Below, in pieces: positions 24,176 through 31,128 of a stretch of 32,000 nt of DNA. Source of the stretch: Candidatus Electrothrix sp. GW3-4 (GTDB lineage: Bacteria; Desulfobacterota; Desulfobulbia; Desulfobulbales; Desulfobulbaceae); contig NZ_CP147990.1 of the NCBI RefSeq assembly GCF_037902255.1, positions 30,001 to 62,000 on the forward strand, read 5' to 3'. Each line of letters starts with the position of its first letter. Positions within the stretch are counted from its first letter, which is position 1. Position numbers and translations under genes: made by a program. The notes beneath the pieces were generated by a model that was not told the DNA's origin, ran no database searches, and saw only the letters and a program-made list of their open reading frames with translations.

Positions 24176-26008
24176 CTACAGCATCCGCACCGCCCCTTTG
24201 TCGGCTGAGGCCGCGAAACGGGCATAGACCTGTAGGGATTTGGGAACCTCCCGTTCTCGATTCGGGGTAAAGGCAGCTTCTCCGCGCGCTTCTTCCTCCT
24301 GACGACGCTGGGCAAGCTCTTCTGCACTGATCTGGAGAGAAATGGTCCGTTCCGGTATATTAATATCAATGGGGTCTCCATCCCGAACCAGGCCAATGGC
24401 GCCGCCGTCTGCTGCTTCCGGGGAAACATGACCGATGGACAGGCCAGCTGTACCGCCGGAAAAACGTCCGTCCGTGACCAGAGCGCATTCTGCACCCAGG
24501 TGCATGGATTTCAGGTAGGAGGTAGGGTAGAGCATTTCCTGCATACCCGGCCCACCTTTGGGACCCTCATAGAGGATAAAGACCACATCGCCTGCCGTGA
24601 TTGCCCCGGCCAGAATACCTTCACAGGCCGCCTCCTGCGAATGAAAGACCTTGGCCTTGCCCTGAAAATGGAGGATGGACGGGTCCACACCTGCGGTTTT
24701 CACGATGCAGCCGTTCTCGGCAATGTTGCCGTACAGCACGGCCAGTCCGCCGTCTTTGGAGTAGGCATGATCCGCACCCCGGATGCAGCCCTTTTCTCGA
24801 TCTGTATCCAGTGCTTCGTACATGGTGTTCTGTGAGCCCATCACCAGGTTGCGTCCCGTATTGCCTGGCGCACTGGCGTAGAGGCTGCGGGCCGTCTCTG
24901 TGGCGGTCTCTCGTGCAATATCAAGCTGATCCAGGGCCTGGGCCAAGGTCAGGCCGTCGGCCCGGCTCACAGCCGTGTCCAGGAGTCCGGCCCGGTCCAA
25001 CTCACCGAGAATTCCCAGGATACCGCCTGCCCGATTCACGTCCTCCACATGATATGGGGAAGAGGGGGCCACCTTGCAGAGGTTGGGTACCTTGCGGGAA
25101 AGGGCGTCGATGTCCTGCATGGTGAAATCCACTCCGGCCTCATGAGCGACCGCCAGGATATGGAGCACGGTGTTGGTGGATCCACCCATAGCGATATCCA
25201 GGGCCATTGCGTTGTTGAAGGCCGCCTTGGTGGCGATGGAGCGGGGCAGGACAGAGGCGTCTTCCTTGTCGTACCAGGCCTCGCACATGGCCACGATGCG
25301 GGCGGCTGCCTGCTCGAACAGGGAGCGGCGGTTTATATGGGTCGCTACTATGGTGCCGTTGCCGGGCAGGGACAGGCCCAGGGCCTCGGTAAGGCAGTTC
25401 ATGGAGTTGGCTGTGAACATGCCGGAACAGGAACCGCAGGTGGGACAGGCTGCCCGCTCCACCTCAGCGATTTCCTCATCCGAGACCGCCTGGTCGCCTG
25501 CCATGACCATTGCATCGATCAGGTCGTAGCCACGTTCCTGTCCTTTGACCCGCCCCGCCTCCATAGGCCCGCCGGAAACAAAGATGGCCGGGATATTCAG
25601 GCGCATGGCGGCCATGAGCATACCCGGTGTGATCTTGTCGCAGTTGCTGATGCAGATCATGGCATCCACCTTGTGGGCGTTGCACATGTACTCCACAGAG
25701 TCAGCGATCAGCTCGCGGGAGGGCAGGGAGTAGAGCATACCGTCGTGGCCCATGGCAATGCCGTCGTCAATGGCGATGGTGTTAAACTCAGCAGCAAAGC
25801 AGCCCTGTGCTTCGATCTGTCGCTTCACCTGCTGGCCGATCTCGTGCAGATGCACATGCCCCGGCACCATCTGGGTGAAGGAGTTGACCACCGCGATAAT
25901 AGGTTTGCCGATCTGTTCTTCGGTCATGCCGTTGGCCCGCCACAGGGCGCGCGCTCCGGCCATTCTTCTGCCTTGGGTTGTTTCATTGCTGCGAAGGGGG
26001 ATTGCCAT
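24176..26008 (-). CDS. ilvD: Dihydroxy-acid dehydratase
   Basis: The N-terminus [28 protein letters not shown] is the canonical IlvD start. Further matches: [12 protein letters not shown], the Fe-S ligand region [15 protein letters not shown], and the C-terminal [14 protein letters not shown]. GGAG RBS before ATG 26008. The longer ORF reaching 26086 is not supported. Confidence 0.95.
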   Translation of the reverse strand: MAIPLRSNETTQGRRMAGARALWRANGMTEEQIGKPIIAVVNSFTQMVPGHVHLHEIGQQVKRQIEAQGCFAAEFNTIAIDDGIAMGHDGMLYSLPSRELIADSVEYMCNAHKVDAMICISNCDKITPGMLMAAMRLNIPAIFVSGGPMEAGRVKGQERGYDLIDAMVMAGDQAVSDEEIAEVERAACPTCGSCSGMFTANSMNCLTEALGLSLPGNGTIVATHINRRSLFEQAAARIVAMCEAWYDKEDASVLPRSIATKAAFNNAMALDIAMGGSTNTVLHILAVAHEAGVDFTMQDIDALSRKVPNLCKVAPSSPYHVEDVNRAGGILGILGELDRAGLLDTAVSRADGLTLAQALDQLDIARETATETARSLYASAPGNTGRNLVMGSQNTMYEALDTDREKGCIRGADHAYSKDGGLAVLYGNIAENGCIVKTAGVDPSILHFQGKAKVFHSQEAACEGILAGAITAGDVVFILYEGPKGGPGMQEMLYPTSYLKSMHLGAECALVTDGRFSGGTAGLSIGHVSPEAADGGAIGLVRDGDPIDINIPERTISLQISAEELAQRRQEEEARGEAAFTPNREREVPKSLQVYARFAASADKGAVRML

Positions 26009-26091
26009 GATTGTTCTCCTGTTATTTACAATAGCATTCTTTGCATTATTTTTCGGGTACAGGCAGTGCCTTCTCTCGGCGGTCAAAGGTG

Positions 26092-26120
26092 TTGACAGCG
26101 ATATGAAGCTGCATCATAAT
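26092..26120 (+). promoter_or_regulatory. Sigma70-like promoter P1 with embedded near-palindromic operator, upstream of the RHH-MazF pair
   Basis: TTGACA-17 nt-CATAAT. The spacer contains ATGAAGCTGCAT, which is palindromic at 10 of 12 positions around AGCT. Confidence 0.55.
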
Positions 26121-26161
26121 AAGAACAAGCATAGTAATACGATCTTATGAGGAAAGAAAGT

Positions 26162-26419
26162 ATGTCCGGGATAAAAACAGCGATTTCCTTGGATGAACAT
26201 CTGTTCAATGAAGTCAAAGAGACGGCTCGTGACCTGAATACGTCCAGAAGCGGTGTGATCAGGCAGGCATTGCTTGAATTTATGGAAAGACGGAAGAATC
26301 AACGTCTGCTTGAGCAACTGAATGAAGCATATAAGGACGGGCCGACAGGGGAAGAAGAGAATATTGCCCGATCAATGCGGAATGCGCAGCAGGGGATAAC
26401 AGAGCAGGAGCCGTGGTGA
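26162..26419 (+). CDS. Ribbon-helix-helix (CopG/MazE-like) antitoxin
   Basis: MSGIKTAISLDEHLFNEVKETARDLNTSRSGVIRQALLEFM is an RHH beta-strand/helix/helix pattern. The RBS AGGAAAGAAAG lies before ATG 26162. The gene overlaps the toxin start. Confidence 0.8.
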   Translation: MSGIKTAISLDEHLFNEVKETARDLNTSRSGVIRQALLEFMERRKNQRLLEQLNEAYKDGPTGEEENIARSMRNAQQGITEQEPW

Positions 26420-26769
26420 TTCGGCAGGGGGAAATCTACTGGCTTGATGTTGGCAAGCCGAGAGGTTCTGAGCCGGGCTATCGGCATCCGTATCTCGTTG
26501 TTCAGAATAATCTCTTCAATGCGAGTCTGATCAACACGGTTGTTGTCTGTTCGTTAACGTCCAATCTTCGCCGGGCCGCAGCTCCGGGTAATGTTCTGCT
26601 TCGTAAAGGGGAGGCGAATTTGCCGAAAAAGAGCGTGGTCAATGTTTCGCAGATATTCACGGTGAATAAATCTGACCTGACAGAAAAGATCGGGCAGATT
26701 TCCAAGCAGCGGTTCCTGGAGATACTGGAAGGGATCAGGTTGCTTACGGAGCCGAGAGAACTCTCCTGA
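26413..26769 (+). CDS. mazF: MazF/PemK-family endoribonuclease toxin
   Basis: RQGEIYWLDVGKPRGSEPGYRHPYLVVQNNLFN...VVVCSLTSN...VVNVSQIFTVNKSDL is the typical PemK/MazF SH3-like fold signature. GTG start overlapping the antitoxin stop. Confidence 0.85.
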   Translation: MVIRQGEIYWLDVGKPRGSEPGYRHPYLVVQNNLFNASLINTVVVCSLTSNLRRAAAPGNVLLRKGEANLPKKSVVNVSQIFTVNKSDLTEKIGQISKQRFLEILEGIRLLTEPRELS

Positions 26770-26879
26770 TTGAGGCTGGCTTCGCCTTCCTCCGAGGGGA
26801 GTTTCACAGAAAGTCACGGGTGAGTTCTTTGTAAAGTTACAGGTGTGTTCAGATTTATATCTATTACAGGCACATTGCT

Positions 26880-27275
26880 CTAAGTTAAAGCGTCTAACAT
26901 CAAGAGTGCTGTTCCAACAAGTAAAGATAATGCACATGTAATTGCCGAACTAGGAGATACTTGAGACGCATTCGAGAAGAAAGAGACAAGAATTGGTAAT
27001 CCTATCCCCAAGAATCCCCCTCCAACTGGTCCATATAGTTTCTTCTTCCAGTTTCTTCGCTCAATCGAACGAAGCCTTTTCTTTGCTTCTTCTACATGGA
27101 TACAGCTTATCTGCTGTACACCATCCCGTGCTGCAACCCGTGCAGCTTCCAAGACTAATTCTGCTCCATACTCAGTAGAGAAGTCTTCTATCTTTGTCTT
27201 TGCTTCTGGAGAATGAGGTTCACCTTCTGTATCAAGCATTTTTTTTACAACATTATAGGGTGCAGTATTACTCAT
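26880..27275 (-). CDS. 131-aa membrane protein: N-terminal histone-fold-like domain + two C-terminal TM helices; translationally coupled to the ROCO gene
   Basis: ATG 27275 is preceded by AAGGGGGA. It overlaps the ROCO stop codon by 8 nt (ATGAGTAA). TM segments are LYGPVGGGFLGIGLPILVSFF and AITCALSLLVGTALLMLDAL. The fold call for the N-terminal ~70 aa is explained in the findings. Confidence 0.7.
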   Translation of the reverse strand: MSNTAPYNVVKKMLDTEGEPHSPEAKTKIEDFSTEYGAELVLEAARVAARDGVQQISCIHVEEAKKRLRSIERRNWKKKLYGPVGGGFLGIGLPILVSFFSNASQVSPSSAITCALSLLVGTALLMLDALT

Positions 27276-29781
27276 GCTTATCCCCCTTTTGTGGATCATC
27301 AAGAACTCTAGCTCGGACTTTAGATTTTATTCCTTCAAAGAGACTATTAAGATTGATACCGACACCAAAAGCATTCGGCTTTAACTCAAGATTTATGTTG
27401 CTTGCCTCCGTTGCCGCCTCCTTGTGCTCAAGCTCCGCCTGAAGTTTCTGCATCGTTCTTAGTATCTCATCTTCCTTGCTTGGTTCTACTAAGCCCAGCA
27501 GTTCCTTCACGCTGTACCGCTTCTTTGAGCCATCTGGAATGAAAATGTCCGCACCAGCCTCAGCAAAATTGATTAAAGTTTCATAGTCGGCACTGCGCTG
27601 CGGGTCGTCAGGCATTGGAATGCGTTCGCTAACCTCAAGCTTTTCGAAGCTATTGTTTATTTCTCTTAGTGTGAACCAGAGGAAGCTGAGATACTCCTTG
27701 CGGCGCGGACCATGCACCCAGAGGTAGATACGCCGGGCCTCATGATCCGCCTTGACCACGGCATTGGTGCCGCTTGCCTTGTCCTCAAGTACAACCCCTG
27801 TACGCCAGCATAGACCCGATTTGATATTTTGATGCACCTTGACCATGAAGCGGGAAAAGACCGAGGGCGGCAGGAAGTCCTGATACTGAAGAATGAAGCC
27901 CAATGAGCCGCTATAGTCAAAGGTAAATTCCGGTTCATCAATAGGAAAGAACTGGGGGAGGAGAACGGCCTCCTCACCGACACCCCAGCATAGCTGAAAC
28001 TTCTTCATCAGCTCCAGAATAAATACATGTGTATGTATCGGCCAAGAGTGCTTTTCCTCTTCTTCATGCTGCAGAATTTTCTTAAGGCTTTCCAATTGCA
28101 GAAGACCGTTGCTGTCCGCCATCTCCTTAGCCGTGATGATTTTATATACCGCTTGCGTTATCCAGACCGGATCAAGTACATGCATGGCATTTAGAATGTA
28201 GTCATCGAAATGTATGGCTGCACCTAGGTCATGAAGAAAGCTAAGTAGAGTTTTCTGATTTTTTTCCTCGGAGATGCCTGCTTTTTTACAGATAGTTTCA
28301 TACTCCTCACAGCTAATGTAGGGCTTGCCCATTTGTCCGATACGCTGCTTGACCGCAAACCAGCTTTTCGGCCAAGGAGTATCCAGAAGCGGCATTTGTC
28401 GCAGCTCTTTGAGTAGTGCAACCCGGAACTCCTCAATACCTACATTGTTTTTGCATGAGGTGGGATAGAAGCCAGTTATGGTCGGATACTTACGTTGCAG
28501 ATGCACACAGTTGAGCCCAAACCCGCAACTCTCATCCTGCTTGTTGAGTACGACCAGCACGGGCGAGTCCCCGCCAAAGCTCTCAATATGCTGAAGCCAG
28601 TATTCGGGTCGCTCCTCCTTACGCCCATCAAGCACTAAGATATACAGGCTGCGTTTGGAAAGGAAGAATTGGTGGGTGGTGTGCTGGATAACTTGGCCAC
28701 CAAAGTCCCAAATGTTGATTCTGATCTTTCTGTCGCCGATATCCTGTTGCCAGCCATTAATATTGATACCATGCGTAGTGTCCTCGTGATGGTCAAAGGA
28801 CAAGCCGAGTAGCCGCTTGACTAAGGAAGTCTTGCCTGCCGCACCGTCGCCGACGACGAGAACTTTTACCTCGCTGAGGGACTGATCTTTTGACGGGAGG
28901 AGAACAGGATCAGAAACCACTCCTATTGAGGTGTTGGGTTTAAAGGCAGCGAAATACTGACAGATGGCATCAATGCCCCGAGTGGCTATTTCATACGGCG
29001 GAGAGGTGAGGGGATTGCGACCGAAGTAAAGTTCCTTCAGGTTCTTGAGCTTACAGATTTCTCGCGGCAGGCTGCTGAGATGGTTGTTGCTGAGGTTAAG
29101 CACCATCAGCTTTGTTAGCTGGCAGATTTCTGGTGGCAGAGTGGTGAGTTCATTATCCAGGAGGAAAAGTTTTTTCAGACTCGTAAGCTTGCAAATTTCC
29201 AATGGCAGTACATTGAGCCGATTGTTGCTGAGGTTAAGCTCTGTCAAATTCGTGAGCTGTCCGATTTTCGGCGGCAGGTTGCTGAACTGGTTATGGCGGA
29301 GGTCAAGTACCGTCAGCGTCGTGAGCTGGTAGATTTCCGGCGGTAAACTTCTGAGATGGTTGTGGCCAAGATTAAGTCCCGTCAGCTGCTTGAGCTGACC
29401 GATTTCCGATGGAGGGTTGTCGATATAGTTGCTGTAGAGGTCAAGCTCCTTTAGTTTTGTAAGCTTGAGAATTCCTGACGGCAGATTTCTGAGTTGGTTG
29501 TTACGGAGGTCAAGAACCGTCAGATTCGTGAGCTGGCTAATTTCCGGCGGCAGAGTGGTGAGTTTATTATTCCAGAGCCTGAGTTTTTGTAGATTCGTGA
29601 GTTTGCGGATTTCCGGCGGCAGGCTACTGAACTGGTTATTGCAGAGGTCAAGCTCCGTCAGATTCGTGAGCTGACCTATTTCCGACGGTAATTCTTTCAA
29701 CCCTTGTCCGCTCAAGCGAAGCGTTGTTGTCCCGCTTGCCTTGGCCTCTTCTATCTTCTGCAACACTCTTTCATTCGTCAT
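27268..29781 (-). CDS. ROCO-family GTPase: 11 x 23-aa leucine-rich repeats + Roc (Ras-of-complex) GTPase + COR domain + short C-terminal tail
   Basis: LRR units follow LTNLTELDLxNNxLxxLPPEIxQ (aa ~15-270). Roc motifs: G1 GDGAAGKT (aa 311-318, nt 28828-28851), G3 WDFGGQ (aa 358-363), G4 NKQD (aa 413-416), and TSCK. A long COR-like region reaches ~aa 780 (…IPMPDDPQRSADYETLINFAEAGADIFIP…). Confidence 0.9.
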   Translation of the reverse strand: MTNERVLQKIEEAKASGTTTLRLSGQGLKELPSEIGQLTNLTELDLCNNQFSSLPPEIRKLTNLQKLRLWNNKLTTLPPEISQLTNLTVLDLRNNQLRNLPSGILKLTKLKELDLYSNYIDNPPSEIGQLKQLTGLNLGHNHLRSLPPEIYQLTTLTVLDLRHNQFSNLPPKIGQLTNLTELNLSNNRLNVLPLEICKLTSLKKLFLLDNELTTLPPEICQLTKLMVLNLSNNHLSSLPREICKLKNLKELYFGRNPLTSPPYEIATRGIDAICQYFAAFKPNTSIGVVSDPVLLPSKDQSLSEVKVLVVGDGAAGKTSLVKRLLGLSFDHHEDTTHGININGWQQDIGDRKIRINIWDFGGQVIQHTTHQFFLSKRSLYILVLDGRKEERPEYWLQHIESFGGDSPVLVVLNKQDESCGFGLNCVHLQRKYPTITGFYPTSCKNNVGIEEFRVALLKELRQMPLLDTPWPKSWFAVKQRIGQMGKPYISCEEYETICKKAGISEEKNQKTLLSFLHDLGAAIHFDDYILNAMHVLDPVWITQAVYKIITAKEMADSNGLLQLESLKKILQHEEEEKHSWPIHTHVFILELMKKFQLCWGVGEEAVLLPQFFPIDEPEFTFDYSGSLGFILQYQDFLPPSVFSRFMVKVHQNIKSGLCWRTGVVLEDKASGTNAVVKADHEARRIYLWVHGPRRKEYLSFLWFTLREINNSFEKLEVSERIPMPDDPQRSADYETLINFAEAGADIFIPDGSKKRYSVKELLGLVEPSKEDEILRTMQKLQAELEHKEAATEASNINLELKPNAFGVGINLNSLFEGIKSKVRARVLDDPQKGDKHE

Positions 29782-29873
29782 CGCCTGCGCACCTCATACA
29801 TTGATAAAGAAGACTGAATTGCCCTGCATCCCGCCCCGCTATAAATCACGGGGCTATTCCCCGCTGCCCCACT

Positions 29874-30140
29874 GGGGATTGCCCTTCGCCCCTTGGGAAT
29901 CATCATGCGTCACAGGGGGATTACCCTTCGCCCCTTGGTAATCATCGTCCGTCACAAGGGGATTGCCTTACGCCCCTTGGGGATCATCTTTCGTCACAAG
30001 GGGATTGCCTTCCACCCCTTGGGAATCATCATACGTCACAAGGGGATTGCCTTGCGCCTCTTGGTAATCATCGTTCGTCACAAGGGGATTATCTTCCTTC
30101 CCTTGGGGATCATCATGCGTCACAAGGGGATTGCTCTTCA
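29874..30140. repeat. Tandem array of 6 full + 1 partial 42-bp units, each with an internal 7-bp inverted repeat
   Basis: Unit starts at 29874, 29916, 29958, 30000, 30042, 30084 and 30126. Consensus GGGGATTGCCTTNCGCCCCTTGGRAATCATCNTNCGTCACAA. The hairpin is CAAGGGG-N11-CCCCTTG. A degenerate copy (GGGGCTATTCCCC) lies at about 29850. Confidence 0.9.
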
Positions 30141-30198
30141 GTCCAAAAAAGATATCCCGGAGGGACGCAACGTTAACAGTGGAACGAATCGCAACACC

Positions 30199-30921
30199 TC
30201 AACGATTTGCAAACCAGATCGCATAATCTTTTACTGGCTGATAGTTGTCTGAGGATTTATCCAGGACTTCTAAATCACATAAGGGAAACTCATACTTCTC
30301 GCGTCCATGCCGTAACGACACCAGTATTCCATAGATATCCTCAATATCATCATCAAAAACATCATATTCTTCATCATCATCTTCATAAATACCCACTACC
30401 GTTACCTGATCTCCTTCTTGTAACGGCCCCTCCTCTTGACACTCAAAGATCTCTGCCTCAAAGGGAAATTCCAACTCATCCTCAAGATACTCCTGCCATA
30501 CCTCAAAGGCCGCCTCTTCACTCTCATCTTCAGCGTTGTCTAAGACGGCCTGTATTCTCCTGTCTATTTCCTCTGATTCTTCAGGATCTTCATCTGTCCA
30601 AGTAAAATCATGCTTGCTTTCAATATCTTCAATTGCTTTTACGACATCGTCCACACTATCTCTGGCCGTTGTCTGTTCAACATCTTCTGGTGCAAGATAC
30701 ACTCTGGCCCAGTCCAACCCTTCTACTTCACAGTAGACAATCGTCTTATCAGATAGCTGCTTGAGACTCAGGCTATCCCAATCTATGCCAATCAAACCGT
30801 CTTCTTCCTCAATTTCAGCGACCCGTCCCTGCCATCCGCCGATGTTGATATTTAAATCAAGTTCTTCAACATTCGGTTTTACAATGACAGAATCACCGAG
30901 CTGGAGTTTGCCTTGTGCCAT
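30199..30921 (-). CDS. Hyperacidic protein with CcbP-like (calcium-binding) C-terminal half
   Basis: GAGGA RBS before ATG 30921 (MAQGKLQLGD...). The stretch AAFEVWQEYLEDELEFPFEAE...YGILVSLRHGREKYEFPLCDLEVLDKSSDNYQPVKDYAIWFANR resembles my recollection of cyanobacterial CcbP (WYYYLDDTLEFPF...DWLYW). Long D/E runs are present. Confidence 0.7.
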   Translation of the reverse strand: MAQGKLQLGDSVIVKPNVEELDLNINIGGWQGRVAEIEEEDGLIGIDWDSLSLKQLSDKTIVYCEVEGLDWARVYLAPEDVEQTTARDSVDDVVKAIEDIESKHDFTWTDEDPEESEEIDRRIQAVLDNAEDESEEAAFEVWQEYLEDELEFPFEAEIFECQEEGPLQEGDQVTVVGIYEDDDEEYDVFDDDIEDIYGILVSLRHGREKYEFPLCDLEVLDKSSDNYQPVKDYAIWFANR

Positions 30922-31040
30922 AATAATCCTCAATAAATACTATTTCCAAGCTGATACAATCTTCGATTGATGTTACCTCCCTACCCGGCTGTTCCTTCAG
31001 GACAAGGAATACATCCCAGAGGCACGGGGTGCCAAACATA

Positions 31041-31069
31041 TTGACATCACCATGAAGCTACACCATAAT
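31041..31069 (+). promoter_or_regulatory. Sigma70-like promoter P2, near-copy of P1, upstream of the AAA ATPase gene
   Basis: TTGACA-17 nt-CATAAT. It shares with P1 the spacer core ATGAAGCTNCA and the extended CATAATAAG. Confidence 0.5.
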
Positions 31070-31128
31070 AAGGCGCAATCTTAATAAAATATCAGCGGGA
31101 AAGAAAGGCTGTTTTGCCGGAGAGCGTC

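Noticed and set aside
26009-26086. N-terminal extension of ilvD ([26 protein letters not shown]...)
   Set aside because: The canonical IlvD N-terminus begins at MAIPLRS (ATG 26008) with a GGAG RBS. The extension has no counterpart in IlvD proteins.
25049-26095. 348-aa + strand ORF, and several other long + ORFs at 24428-26150
   Set aside because: They lie antisense to the unmistakable ilvD reading frame. The translations are Gly/His/Ala-rich low-complexity sequence typical of shadow ORFs in GC-rich genes.
27276-27302. Longer start (ATG 27302, MMIHKRGIS...) for the small TM protein
   Set aside because: The SD-like AAGGGGGA sits immediately upstream of ATG 27275. The longer form would overlap the ROCO 3' end by 35 nt. 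I keep it only as an alternative.
29045-29674. + strand ORFs of 95 and 69 aa with repetitive Ser/Arg/Leu sequence
   Set aside because: They are antisense shadows of the 69-bp-periodic LRR-coding region of the ROCO gene.
29893-30252. 119-aa + strand ORF with a 14-aa repeat (RHKGIALRPLGIIM)
   Set aside because: It is a product of the in-phase 42-bp repeat. All three + frames stay open across the array. It has a TTG start without an RBS, it runs into the convergent CcbP-like gene, and variation between units shows no third-position bias.
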